DNA of 55,773 nt, filler included, from Circinaria calcarea (Eukaryota): the NCBI GenBank assembly GCA_051942165.1. It is 4 parts of 4 records of this genome, joined end to end, with 100 filler letters (N's around TTAATTAATTAA, not from the genome) between each part and the next. Parts side by side here need not be neighbours in the genome. Positions count along the whole stretch, not along the records: positions 13,973 to 27,843 come from JAVECS010000470.1; positions 27,944 to 41,811 come from JAVECS010000471.1; 2 more parts are not named here. One strand, 5' to 3'. A model generated the notes under the pieces. That model saw only the letters and a program-made list of their open reading frames with translations. It ran no database searches and was not told the DNA's origin. Below are positions 26,001-38,348 of this stretch, piece after piece; the stretch's first letter is position 1, and each line of letters begins with the position of its first letter. The translations under genes were made by a program, and so were the position numbers.

Positions 26001-26225
26001 TGCTGGCAGGTTTGGCATTGAGTTCGCACCAGAAGTAGTACGGGCGGATGGCAACGTCAAAAATATGGCATGGCGGATATGCAACGCCAAGAAGGTTCTG
26101 GTGGGTATTTTCCAAGCAGCGATGGGATCTCTGATGGAATGTAGACTAACATTTCACTCCTCCAGGCGCCTTACAGCATGTCATCTCCGCGAGGTAATAT
26201 AACTCCGACTGCGTCAAAGTATTGA
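23040..26225 (+). CDS. CHO2: Phosphatidylethanolamine N-methyltransferase Cho2; 4 exons
   Basis: [24 protein letters not shown], two PEMT repeats (YAWYWGDFF...[18 protein letters not shown]...YRFLNNPE), DWIGLY, and a spliced C-terminus [11 protein letters not shown]...AKKVL|APYSMS...KY*. Confidence 0.96.
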
Positions 26226-26848
26226 AAAGAAAGGCATTAGGATGTTGCATACCATTACTCTAGCATCATTATTCTTGTATAATATGTAATTAAGTAAATA
26301 TAAGCAGGGGTATCCTCAATGCCATTCGGAACTTATCCCTTGACATATTATTTATCATGGAGAAGTCTTTGAACCTTCGAGGTACTCTCCAGACCTCGGG
26401 ACGGCCGCGCGGCGGTTGCCCAAGTAGACTCTGTATAGGCTGCAAACGAGTTCAGTATACGGCCAGCTTTACACCATATTCTCGCTCAAGTTTCCCAATG
26501 CGCTTTGAACCCAGGATGCGAATAATATCGATGTATGTTGGTGGGGATAGCCGCCCTAGCCCTACAGCCGCCAGCGAGCTTTAGGGCTTCATGGAATATC
26601 ATTATCGACTCATGCGGCCTGACCTTTGCAAGCCTAACCAATACCGTAATATACCACTACACACCACGTTCAAAAGCCTTGAGGCTAGGATCAGGGCAAG
26701 CTCTTCTCTGCCCATCCAATAAACAGCGCTGGCAACTAACTTCGGCCTTTCACTTTCACGCCTGGCTGTCCTCTCCAACCATTTGCCCCGTCTAAAGGAA
26801 CTTGGACTTATATCTAAGAGCAGCTACGTTGCAAGAATTTCGTTAGCC

Positions 26849-27843
26849 ATGTCTGCTTCACCAGCGACACCCAATTCTCTAGGTGGCATCCTTAGTCGGT
26901 TCTTTCCTACCGTACACTTCCCATCGGAATCCGAACCCGACATCAACCAGCTATCTCACACCACCTACCCCGAAACGACCTACACAGACAGTGAAAAGAT
27001 CGAGATAAGTCAATGGACTACCACATCTGCCCGTCTGGCAACGGCGGATGAAGATGAAGCTAAGCATGCCGAACGTCTTGGATCGTTAAATACCCACCTC
27101 TCCACCCGAACAACACTACTAGGAAGCAAACCTTCGGTTGCCGACGTGGCAATCTACGCGAGCCTCGCACCAGCTGTTCGAAAATGGTCACCTGAAGAGC
27201 GGACGGGGGAGCGTGGCTATCATCATATTGTGCGTTACGTTGATTTTGTCCAGAACGCTCCATTGTTCGGACTCTCTATGAGGCAGGAGGATAAGGTAGC
27301 CGTAGATCTGGATGATGTACGGTTTGTACACAAGCCTTTAGATCCTAAAGAAGAGAAGGAACGAAAAAAGAAAGAAAAGGCAGAAGCTGCTGCTACAAAT
27401 GCCGATGCCCAAAAACCTCTGGTCGTTGGTGGGCAGGGCAAAGGCAATTCCGAAAGTAAGAGCACGAACGATAAAGCCCTAGACACAGTGTCGAATACAA
27501 AAGAAAATGCCAAAGCCGCTACTGCCGACACAGCTGCTCCTTCATTCAAAAAAGAGAAGAAGGAAAAAGCCCCTAAACCCCAGAAACAGCCGGCCAAAGA
27601 GACTCCCCTCTCCCCCTCTCTAATCGACCTCCGAGTCGGTCATATTCTAAAAGCCGTCAATCATCCTAATGCTGACTCCCTATATGTCTCCACCATTGCG
27701 TGCGGTGACCCGCCTGGTACGGAAAACACCTCCGAATATGAAGGCCAGGTCGTCCGCACGGTTTGTTCTGGTCTCAATGGCTTAATCCCTCTTGAGGAGA
27801 TGCAAGACCGGAAAATCGTGGCGGTGTGCAATCTCAAGCCGGT
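26849..27843 (+). CDS. ARC1: tRNA-aminoacylation cofactor Arc1 (GST-C-like domain, Lys-rich linker, tRNA-binding OB fold); truncated at contig end
   Basis: LNTHLSTRTTLLGSKPSVADVAIY, HHIVRYVDFVQN, IDLRVGHILKAVNHPNADSLYV and VRTVCSGL...VCNLKP. Confidence 0.92.
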
Positions 27844-27943
27844 NNNNNNNNNNNNNNNNNNNNNNNNNNNNNNNNNNNNNNNNNNNNTTAATTAATTAAN
27901 NNNNNNNNNNNNNNNNNNNNNNNNNNNNNNNNNNNNNNNNNNN
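27844..27943. other. Artificial contig-joining spacer
   Basis: 44 N + TTAATTAATTAA + 44 N. Confidence 0.98.
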
Positions 27944-30382
27944 CCCCACACACTCCCCCTTCCCCAGCACCCCGCCACCGGCAGGCAACCGCACGAGCGC
28001 ATTCGCCCCGCTCAGGCTCCCCACGCGTGAACTCCGCTGACCGCCCGTACTCCTCGCCTTCAGCGTGCCATCCTCCGCAACCCAAACCCGCACGCGCGCG
28101 TACTCTTCTCGCTTGGCGTCACAGCGCATGGGTTCTTCCAAAACGGCGCGGACTTCGGACATGCCCATTGTCGTTCCCATTCCCGTGGCGTTTCCGCCTC
28201 CGCTTCCGCCTTCGCTCTCGCGACCAACGCCGCTGGCCGCTCGCAAGCTCGGTAGCACGAACAGATACGCCGTCACGAGGGCGCTGGCCGGGTTCCCGGG
28301 AAGGGAGAAAATCAGGCGGGGTTCTGGATCTCCGTGGGGGTTTTTCACGGGGACGGTGGCGAAAGTGGTGGGTTTGCCGGGTTTCATGGCGACGCGGCCA
28401 AAGTGGATGGTGCCGCCGAGCGAGCGATCGATGGTCGGTTTGAGGAGGTCAAGCTCGCCCATGGAGGCGCCACCGGTGGTGATGAGAACGGAGGCGCGGC
28501 GGAAGGCGGCGCGGAGGGTGGATTCGAGGGTACTGGGGCTGGATGAAATGATAAGGAGATTAGCTTTTTCGCTGAGAATTTAGGTGGAGGGGAGGGGCAG
28601 ATTTAGGTCAGGGCTAGGGTTAGCCAGGGGCAGAGGAAGGGGAAGAGGAAGAGGAAGAGAAAAGGTGAAGGGAAGGGAAGGGATGTTTGTGTCTGACCTA
28701 TCTTTTGCAATCCCCAAGTCGATGACTTCATAACCCCATCCCTTAACAGCGGCCATGATGGTTAGGCGATTGCAGTCTCGGACTTCACCTAGACGTAGCT
28801 CGCCTGGTCGGTTATGCTCGATAATCTCATCTCCGGTGCTGAGGACACCAACAATGGGTTTCTTATAGACGAGAACGTGTGCTTTGCCAACTGAAGCAAG
28901 GAGACCTAACTCTCCGCCTACAGCTGTTATTTCGTCCCCCTTTTTCAGGATGACTTCACCGGCTGGGATATCACTACCGATCTCTCGAACATTCTCACCA
29001 GGCTTGATAGCGTCTGTGAGGATTTCGACCTCCCTTTCTTCTTGGCCGTCGGGAGTCATACTCTTGAGTACCGTATCTTCAACCATGACCACGGACGTTG
29101 CTTCCGGGGGTAAAGGGGCACCCGTGGTGATTCTGGCAATCTGCTCCATCTGAAGGGCCGATATCTCACCGGGGCTGGCATGAGAAATCGAAGCGACAGG
29201 AAAGACACCCTTTATACTGGGAGCTTCTTTGGAAACTATTACGGCGTATCCGTCAACAATACTCGCCCGGAATGCAGGAACCGCCTCTTTGGCTTCAACG
29301 TCCTCTGCTAGGATATATCCGATTAACGAGATATCAACAGGAGCCTCGAATGTCCGTGGCTTAGGCGTCTGCTCGATTATGAGCTTTGTCGCTTCTTCGA
29401 CCGAAAGCATGGGGTAAGGGGATTCTCTATATCGCTGTGAAGGACCTGCTTGAGGATCATTCGATATAGGCCGGTCTTCAGGAGACGTGTGTGCTCTTGG
29501 GATTGTGTGGCCTCCATGCCCATGGCTATGGGTGTGGGTATGACTATGATCATGGGAGTGCCGATGTCGGGTTTCCATGAATGGTCTGCTGGCATTTGGA
29601 CCTACCCCTGCCTCCTGCTCTAATCTCTTAACGCCTCCAGCATGTAGACTTCGTGAATCACCACCGGCAGCTTGGATACAGGCATGTGGTAAAAGTTTGA
29701 GTATTGCTTGCAGGTTTTCTTTTGCACCTTTGGGAGAACCCGGTAAGGTGATAATCAAAGACTGGTGGCGGATTCCAGCGATTGGTCTAGACATCATAGC
29801 AACTAGTAGTCGAAAGAGAAATATAGTCAGAAAGTCGCCAAGAAGAGAATTTATTTAAAGAGTGAATTTAAGATTATGGAAACTTAGGCCGTCGTGATAG
29901 ATGAATTTCAATAAGAAAGTATATTGTCATCACGCATAAAATCCCTCATCTCCATCCACTTACAAGGCGTAATCTCCAAAGACGCAGCAAGCATGCCATG
30001 CCTACCCTCACTCAACCTCAGCAAACATCCCCCAACTCCGCCTAAGAACTCATAATAAAGCTTACACCAGTCCTGGAGCCTCTTTCTGAATCAACGGCCT
30101 GATAGCTTCCGGAGTAACGTCTTTCATTGAAAAGCCCGTCCCACCGGACGTAATCACTAGATTTATATACTCATGCTCATCACACCACGCACGTATCTGA
30201 TTTTGGATTTGGGATTCTTCGTCGGCCACAATCTTTCGGTGTACAATAAGCCATTGCCCGTCATCATTTTTCTGGAATGTTTCCTCGAGGATCGAGGTGG
30301 ACTTGTCCGAGGATGGATCAACATAAGCGGTGTCTGATATTATCAGGATGGCTGCTTTCAGTCTGCTGTCGGCGGTACTCAT
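27944..30382 (-). CDS. cnxE: Gephyrin-like molybdenum cofactor insertase (MogA G-domain + MoeA E-domain); 4 exons, last codons missing
   Basis: G-domain ITSGGTGF..DVTPEA and TLPGSPKG, a His-rich linker, and E-domain SIVDGYA, ITTGAPLP, STGDE, MKPGKPTT, LPGNPASA and STGGQRSSR. Introns near 30064-30002, 29963-29803 and 28697-28539. Confidence 0.95.
28628..28682. repeat. Polypurine (GGAAGA/GGAAG)n tract inside cnxE intron 3
   Basis: gggcagaggaaggggaagaggaagaggaagagaaaaggtgaagggaagggaaggg read directly. Confidence 0.7.
29823..29937 (-). ncRNA. Candidate intronic box C/D snoRNA
   Basis: Within the 161-nt cnxE intron: C box GTGATGA (29933-29927), CTGA (29830-29827) and an internal TCACGACGG (29897-29889) complementary to conserved LSU rRNA CCGUCGUGA. 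The CTGA may instead be only the branch site. Confidence 0.4.
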
Positions 30383-30786
30383 GTTGAATTGTGATGGTGC
30401 TGGGGGAGGGATTTTTTTTAAAGAAGTTAGGTAGATGATCTTCGGCTACTCAACCAAAACTTAGGGCAATGGTATGTCATCGCTAGCTAGCTACTCGGAT
30501 CAATCATCGACGACTCCCAACAATACATTATTGATAGTCAAGTTAAGATGACTTCTTTGGAAGTCGAATTTTGTCCTCGACGGTTTTATTCACATATTCT
30601 ACATTTGACCAACACCGTCAGCAGTCTCATTACACTCACTGCACTTCTCATCGAGTCCCTTTCGGACTTATATGTACCGCAACGCCTGGTCTCGCTATGA
30701 AAGACAGATAATCAATAACAAGGCGAAGTTTGAATCTCTGATCCGCCAACCCGATGGATGATCCTTCATGCATTCGCCATTGTATA

Positions 30787-31613
30787 TTATTTGAAGTCGA
30801 GGGCTTTGCTGGACACGAGGAGACCGATAATAAGCCCGAACAGTCCCAACACGGAGGAGAAGATTTCGATGACGAGAATCTTCACGAATCTAGCAATTTG
30901 TTAGCCCAGTACTCTGAAAAAGAGAGGCTGGCCACTACTTACAGGGATGGATCAGCAGCATCGGCCAAAGCTGCACCGCTCCCGTTGATCCCAACCGAGA
31001 CTCCACATATCAGATTACACATCCCCACGGTCAATCCTGCCCAGAATAATGCGAAGCCGGTATAGTAGTTGTTGCCTGAGTAGAGGGCATCTTTGTCCAC
31101 CATGTGAAGCTTGGACGAGAAAACTATTGCCATTATGACCCCGTATATCGCAACAACCTCACAAAAGATAATGGATATCAAGTTTTTCGTTCGTATTCGG
31201 GGTGCTTTCACACCGCCACCGAGGATCGAAGAGCCTGTAATGAAGATTCCCCTATGATTAAACAGCCTTAGCCTCTTCTCCGTTGCTGATATCGGCTTGA
31301 AGAAGCCTCATTATGTAGCATACCATGCTGCTCCTACCACCGATAAACCTATGCAAAGGCCAATCCCCAAATCTGCCCAAGCGTATGGCGATACACTGAG
31401 TAAGAACTGTCCGAACTGTTGAACAGAATCAGTCATCATCTCCAAGACTTGTCATCGAGGTGGCTCACGTTGAAAGCTTCTCCATCTCCTGTAAACAGCA
31501 AATCTAGCCATCCATCAGCTCAAGAATCGTAGACGGATGGATTCAGGTGCCTCACATAGGCCAACCACAGCCAGGCCAGCTGTCGCTCCACCTGCACCGT
31601 ACAGTAAACCCAT
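30787..31613 (-). CDS. VMA16: V-ATPase proteolipid subunit c''; multi-exon
   Basis: MGLLYGAGG...; GEAFN|...[81 protein letters not shown]...DFK*. Confidence 0.95.
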
Positions 31614-31828
31614 CTTCAACACCCACCAAGATTTCGCGGTGGCTTCAAATGAAATTCAGCTTGTTGAAGGCGAGGAAACAAAGGAGCAATGATGTCTACT
31701 GATAGCGTGGCCGACCATTCGGGATCTTCCAGCTTGAGCCGCCTCGCTTAGGTTCGCCCTCCCTTCGTTCTTATAAGATCCAGGCAACTCTCACTTAGAC
31801 ACAACTTCCCCCCAGCCCATCGTCGAAG

Positions 31829-32301
31829 ATGGCTAGCCAGACCTATTACGAGCTCTATCGCCGTAGCAGGTACTGCAAAGCCACGGTGAACCAGTGCAGG
31901 TTTACAATAACTGACATAAAAAACCCCTAGCATCGGCCTAGCGCTCATCGACACCCTCGATGGCTTCGTCCACGACGGCCGCATGGAGCCTCAACTCGCG
32001 ATGAAAGTCATCTCCAGCTTCGACCGGGCCATCACCGAAGTACTGGCTAGCCAGGTGAAGGCGCGCCTGAACTTCAAGGTAGAGAGCACCAAAGACCAGA
32101 GTGCCCATCCTCGTTGCATCTTTTGCGCTGACACGGGTGGTTTCGCGTACAAAGGGTCACTTGGATACGTATCGGTTCTGCGACGAGGTGTGGACGTTCC
32201 TGATCAAGGATGTCAACTTCAAGCTCGAAAATCAGAACATTGTCCATGCGGACAAAGTGAAGATTGTGAGCTGCAATGCCAAGAAGCCGGGCGAGACATA
32301 A
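31829..32301 (+). CDS. TOA2: Transcription factor IIA gamma (small) subunit; 3 exons
   Basis: [24 protein letters not shown]...[25 protein letters not shown]...KVKIVSCN. Confidence 0.96.
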
Positions 32302-32699
32302 GAGGCACGGGGATCAGGTCTCTGGCAGGATTCGAACAGATGTACGCAGAAGGATAGAAAGGCTAGTTTCAGAGGGAGTGACTCGGGCTGGGAAGGTTAT
32401 GGACAGGCAAGTCTGGCGGCCAATCATACGGTGGCGTACTGCATTTCAGAGGCTATCTGCCCGGGGCTGGATGATGGGGAGACTTGATACCCAGAGCGAT
32501 GCCACATAAATGATACGGCTCGAAGCAAATCGTATCGCTCCTTTGATTACAAAGTGCTAAAGGGTTGAACTTATGTAAATCGGACGTATCAAAAGGAAAT
32601 AATTCTCCGCAAAAGCCTGCGACAAACGTCGTTCCTATGAATGTTCTATAAAGTGTTCGTTGGGTATCACGTATAATTAATCATTTCTCGAACTCGTCA

Positions 32700-33897
32700 T
32701 CACTTCAACTCCTTCCCTTCTGCTTGTTCAAATTGTCCTTGTGGCCCCCCTTTCAATACCAGATCCTCCGTCTCCACTTCCATCCCAGCCAAGAGCTCCT
32801 CCTCCACATCCTCTCCGCGGGCTCCATCATGACTTCTTCCACTTTCCCTCCTTTCTCTTTCGCCTGCCACTTTGCCTTCATCACCACCTTCAATCCTTCT
32901 ACCGATAATCACATTGCCTACCACTAGCGCTCCAGCACCTACCCACCACAGCGGCGGTAGAGACTCACTGAAAATAACGAGACCGAGGAGTGCGGTGAGC
33001 ATGAAGTTTGAGGATGTGTTGACAATCGATACACGAGTTGTGGAGGTGTGAAGGGTCAGGGCGCGGGTGAAGAGAAACCACATGATGGCGTTGAAGGCGA
33101 GATTGAGCGCAAAGAAAATCTGAGAGAGGTTAGCTTGCTGCAGGACATGGTTTACTTCGGGTGTATTTGGCACAGTAAGGATGAGGAAAGGGATAGGAGA
33201 CAGCATTGAGTGCCACAGAGAGACGAGAAGGAAAGTTGGATGGAAGATGAACAGATACGACAGAGGGTTGTGGAGGAGAAGCTATATGAGCAAGATGACG
33301 AATTGCTAGGAATCGACGGAGGGTGGATGCTAGTGCTAATGTGACGGTGTAGAGCAAAAGCTATTGATCGAGGGCCAAGCTCCCCAGGAGAAAAGGGTGG
33401 CCGATAATTTCTGCACCATACTTTTTCGAAGGATTTGGTACTTCTTGAGGACACACCGAGCTATGGTGAAGCATGGCTCGGTGAGATATGATAGCTCAAA
33501 AAATTCGAGCTCCTTCAAGGGTGCATTGAGGAGAATAGGGAGAAAGGTGATAGACGAACAGCACGGATAAGGTATTCCACCACACTGCTCCCAGCTCCTA
33601 GATGAAGAAACGACGAGATGTTAGCGGCGATAGTGCCAGTGAGTTCGGTCGTGGTCCTTTGATCAGGTCAGTATAGTTATCGATCCTTGCGGCAAGGCAG
33701 TGATATGAGCCGCTACTGTACAATTTGGCAAAGACACCATTGAATGACGCGCATGCGCCACTCGCAACGGCATAAAATAACCAGGAGCTTCTACTGCCCA
33801 TCTTGATGGTATCCGTGGCTCTGTCTGCGGCCGTGGGGTTGATTGTGTCGTAGGGAGGGTGACTGGATGGGAGGAGAGGTTCTGCGGCAGTCTCCAT
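32700..33897 (-). CDS. TMEM42-like small multi-pass membrane protein (DMT superfamily-like); 3 exons, start at 33897 or 33801
   Basis: AVASGACASFNGVFAKL|TTTELT...EYLIRA|IFFALNLAFNAIMWFLFTRAL...SIVNTSSNFMLTALLGLVIFSESLPPLWWVG. The second intron, 33559-33120, is about 440 nt. Confidence 0.8.
33337..33527 (-). ncRNA. Candidate intronic structured RNA, H/ACA snoRNA-like
   Basis: Nested stems TGCACC/GGTGCA, TTGAAGGA/TCCTTCGA, CACCGAGC/GCTCGGTG and GCTC/GAGC, then an H-box-like AAATTA, a second stem region and ACAtta. It is flanked by pyrimidine-rich intron sequence. Confidence 0.5.
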
Positions 33898-34274
33898 CTT
33901 ATCGGAGAGATGATTGGCGTCAGGGGCATCAAGAGTAGTGGCGAGCCGGATTAGCGACCACTTGGCAGCTTGGCACTGATGCGAGTTCCTGGACTGGCAT
34001 AATGCAGAGTGTAGATGCCGGAGAAGAGGTGGGAGGGAAGGCGGAGAACGACGTGCGGAGAAGGTGGTAAATTGGTTGCCGGGCTTTGCTTATACAGTAG
34101 ATGATCACGGAGTGGAGCGTGGAGTTGTGATTGGTTGGAGGGCCCGATACCCATCCTCGATTATTATTACCCTATTCCCCATACATGACAGTTCCGTCGG
34201 GTTGAAAACCCTTATACTCGACAGTATTTCACCATATACATAGCCGGTTACATCTCCAACCCTCCGTCTCCATC

Positions 34275-36445
34275 TCAACTGGCTGTTCCGACCTCCGTCG
34301 CCTCCCCATCTCCCTCACCTCCCAACCCCACGCCAACCAAGTGAGTAAACTCTAATCCGACTTCCCCCATCATCCCCGCATGGTCTCGCGCAACCTCGAG
34401 GCATTCCCTCTCCACTGATCCTCCCACCTCCACGCTCTCGAGTCCCCGCCTGAGCACCCCGTTAAAATCATCCAGCCTCTCCTTCGCCCACACGACTACC
34501 GCACTCATCATGATCGTCGGGAAGCATTGCTGGTACACCGCCACCGTATTCTTCATAAGTGTAAAGTAGATGAACGACATTTGGGTGATGTAGTGCTTGA
34601 GGTTTCCTTCAAACACAATCTGGCGGGCACGTTTGTGGATCGTGGCGGTACGGGCGGAAAGGTATGACGTGCGGGCGCGGGAAGAGAAGGACAGACGGGT
34701 AAGGAGAGATGTGTGTAGCTGGGTAGCTGTTAAAAAAGAATGGGTATCGATGAGACGACCAGTGATCAGATCTAGGTGGATCTTAGTCAGGCATCTTGGA
34801 GAAAATAGACATTTCTCAGTACGGTGGTCACATACCTGCTAGCTTCCGCGCTCGTTCATCGACTTTCACCGCAATGAGATCTTGCGCGACTTTGTTCGAC
34901 GTTAAAGCCGTGGAGAGCCGCCGTAGCTGCTCGACGTGTTGAACCGCGTCCTCAACCCGCTGTAGGGCGATTTGAATGTCGAGCTCATCGATTTGGCTTT
35001 CAACCCATCGGAGGTTCCTTTGCTTTCCGTCCAAGTCGACGAAGAAGTCTGGACGATCATTTGCTTTGCTGATAGATCGTAGAAGACCTGGACTGTTGGA
35101 GATGGAGGGATCTCGGATGGCCGAGTAGTTCATGGTCTCCTTGTTCTTAGTACCAATTTCGTCAGCCTCAGCTTTCTCTGCTCTCTGAAGCTCATCAATT
35201 GTCCGCTTGAAAATGAGTAAAAGGCTGTCTTTTTCCGAAGAGGTTGGGCGATCACTACGATATGTAAAGGACTCCTGCCCATGACGTATAGTGATCGCTT
35301 TTTCAATATCCCGAATACCGCGCAGTGGGCCTTTTATATCCTTGGCGCTTGTAGCAAGGTCTACTATCTCGATCCCCTGAAGCGACCAGCACCTCTCGGC
35401 AACTAGTTTCGTTGGCGCTTTCTGTGCTGAATTAGGATTTAAGATAGATCTAGGTTCCACTCTCTTTCTCTTCTTCGTCGCTATCAACACGTGATCATTG
35501 AGGATCACAATATGCACTGGTCGCTGTGACTTCCAGGTAGCAGCGTCCAGCTCTACCCAATGGCCTGACTCTTGCACGATGTGCCTTCCAGGGATTGCGG
35601 GAAGAAACTTTTGCGAACCTTCGATATTTTTCCACAAAGCCTGCAACTGAGTATTCCGCATTGCGTCAAGGTTTGCAACAGAGCTACGGTTCATCCTCTT
35701 ACGAGCTGAAGTAGCTCCGTCGTCGAGTGATGGAGATCGTCGACCGTTCATGGAGGTAGCGAAGGAGGTGTGTTCCAGAGTAGTGGTAAGATCAGACATA
35801 AGGCCGCGAAGCGTGTGCATCTCACTCTTCAGCTTCTCGGCCTCCTTACTGATTTTGATAAATTGAGTGCGGTTTTGGTAGACATTGTGTTGGAGGTCGG
35901 TCGAAGCTCGGTTCTTGACCTTTTGAAGGTTCTTCTGATATTCCTCGATGTCGTGCTGAGAGGCCCCGGAAAGGACATTTGTGACGTCTGTGCTCTTATT
36001 AGTAGATGGACATAGCTGTAAAGGAATGTCCTGAGTTCTCACAGTCCTCTGCCTGCAGTGATGGGTCCTTCAAGGCTCTGATATCTACACCCTGGCTTGG
36101 TGCAAGAGACGCTTGTTCACCGTTTGATTGCTTCACAGAGTGCTTGTGAATGGACGGAAGATCGGGTACAGGGGGGACATTGTCATTGTTGAGTTCGGGG
36201 CCGTGAGTGTAGCGGACAGAGTATCGTTTCTTGATAAGGTCCGAAGTGGCACCAGTAGCTCTAATGCGTTCGACGGGTAGTGCTTTTGGGGTACTCGCAG
36301 GTCCATGAATGTATCCTTCTTGGGATGCGTATGGTGACTTGGCGCCCAGTGGACTAGAAATCTCATTGACAGTCTTTAACCCGAGACGTCGCGAAGCCTT
36401 ATTCTTCCGCAATGAGAACCCCTTGCTCTTTTCTCCCTCCGACAT
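34275..36445 (-). CDS. EXO84: Exocyst subunit Exo84; 3 exons
   Basis: TSDLIKKRYS, DLQHNVYQNRTQFIKISKEAEKLK, a PH-like region (VELDAATWK...ILNDHVLIA), WVESQIDELDIQIA and C-terminal FEGNLKHYITQMSFIYF. Introns near 36043-35988 and 34835-34772. Confidence 0.93.
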
Positions 36446-36704
36446 AGTCCACTCTGTCGAGAAGACTTGCTCTCCTTAAAGATACTCGGCCGACGTTGAG
36501 TGGTGGGAGTGGTGAGAGGACTTTGAGTACTCGGGGATTTTGAAAGCTCCCGAGCACTAGCGTCGAGTTATCCTCCGTCATTTTTTATCTCAAAACTTCC
36601 ATACACAAGCTACAAGGATAGGTTTCACTTCTATCAAAGACAGCGCCGATAGTACAAGATCACTCGATCTCCCATCTACCTACACTTACACTTCCACGGT
36701 CAGA

Positions 36705-37383
36705 ATGACATCCTCACTACGAACCTCTACCGTTGTTGCAGCTGCCACTGTAGGGACTTTATTCACCGGCTTCATTGGTATGCTCAAACCCACACGCAAA
36801 CTTTTTTCACTGTCAAAGGATTGGTCTAGCAAAGATAGGTCACCATACTAACAAGTTCATTGAAAAGCATACGCCGTGTATTTCGATCATAAACGACGAA
36901 CGGACCCTGAATTTCGAAGAGCGTTGAAAAGGGAGTCGCGGAGAGAAGCCCGAATAGCAAAAGAGCAGGCCGAGGCCCAAACATCCCAACAGAAGCGGCT
37001 TATCAAAGATGCTGTCGAGTCAGCACAAGAGGAGGGCTTCCCTACTGATGTGGAAGACAAAGAGGCTTACTTCATGACCGAAGTTGCTAGAGGGGAAGCG
37101 CTCTGCCAGGATGGTGAGCCATGTGCCGATCCAGTGGATAATCCAGGGAATACTGATGTACCGAGCAGGCTCCGATGAGATAGAAGCTGCGCTCTGCTTC
37201 TACAAGGCTCTCAAAGTCTACCCTCAGCCCAGCGACCTCATCTCAATATACGACAAGACCGTACCGAAGCCCGTCATCGACATCCTGGCGGAAATGATTG
37301 CGTCCGATCCCAGCATCAAAGTTGGTCGTTTCGGTGCTGGGTCTGGATCTGAAAACGGTTCACAACATGCTATTGACGATTAG
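36705..37383 (+). CDS. TOM20: Mitochondrial import receptor Tom20; 3 exons
   Basis: N-terminal TM ending [34 protein letters not shown] and [28 protein letters not shown]. Confidence 0.95.
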
Positions 37384-38348
37384 GTTATCAAACACCTAGC
37401 ATTATCATCTTAAGGCACCGCAACCGCCGCTACTCCTCTCTGCAGTCGCATTCTGGGGTCACTGAGCGTATTTCAAGACATGTTATAAATGTACTTTGTA
37501 CCTAAGCCGGAGCGTGGTGCTCGCTTTTTATGGAAGGTAGGCCGAGGTTATTAGACGAGTAGGATACTTGCAGTGGGATCGACGAGTGTACATTACAAAT
37601 CATTAATCGAGATACAACGCTCAATTGCTCTTCAATAGTGTTCGTCTCTGGTCTTGGCGCTAATTACACATACAGACGTCCAAGTTTATCCTGTCCTACC
37701 CTTCCGTCAAGAGGTCCTGGCCTTTGGTCCAACATCTGAAGTCAATCCATATAGCTGCCCTACACTATGGAGGGTTCTTTACCTTGTCAAGGCTGAAACA
37801 TACTGTCCTATTACCGACATGTCTTCAATCTAGAGTCTCATTGTCCCTCTCTATCTTTGCAATTGATCCCAGATATTTAGAACAAACTCAAAAACAAGAA
37901 GTGATGAAGTTACAACTCTAATCTTCAGTCATAACCGAGCCTCCAGGTCTCTTCAGCTTCTATCTCTTTGGCATGAAGATGGTAGCGTTCGTCTAACTTG
38001 AGGCTGATTTGTATATGGTTTAGATTATACGGACTACTACTCAATACTATCCTACGTACTCAAGGCTAGAACACTGCGTCCTAAATACTACACCAATGAA
38101 GTGGACCATTTTTACATGTACAAATACGGAACATTCCAGCGCTAATTCATAATGGAGATTATCAATATGCGCAATGTTACGCTTCGTGTGAGAAAGACTC
38201 TATATCTGACCTCACACGAATACACGTAGGTGGTCCATTTACCAATCCTGGACCATGGTCGATTAGTCCGACTGCTTTTGCCCTTGGGTATTGTTCTCGA
38301 CGCCTCGCATATCCTGCGCTCCAAGCTCTATCCACCAGCCTTCGGACT

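Noticed and set aside
28580..28700. PLPLPLP C-terminus of the 405-aa cnxE ORF
   Set aside because: It is translation into intron 3 (the GGAAGA tract); the gene splices on to SPSTLESTLR...GGASMGE.
27944..31613. A metal-cofactor cluster linking NBP35 (Fe-S) with cnxE (Moco)
   Set aside because: The two genes are on different contigs separated by an artificial spacer.
32320..32345. tRNA T-loop-like GTTCGAATCC on the minus strand
   Set aside because: The flanks do not form a T-stem or cloverleaf; it lies in the TOA2 3'UTR.
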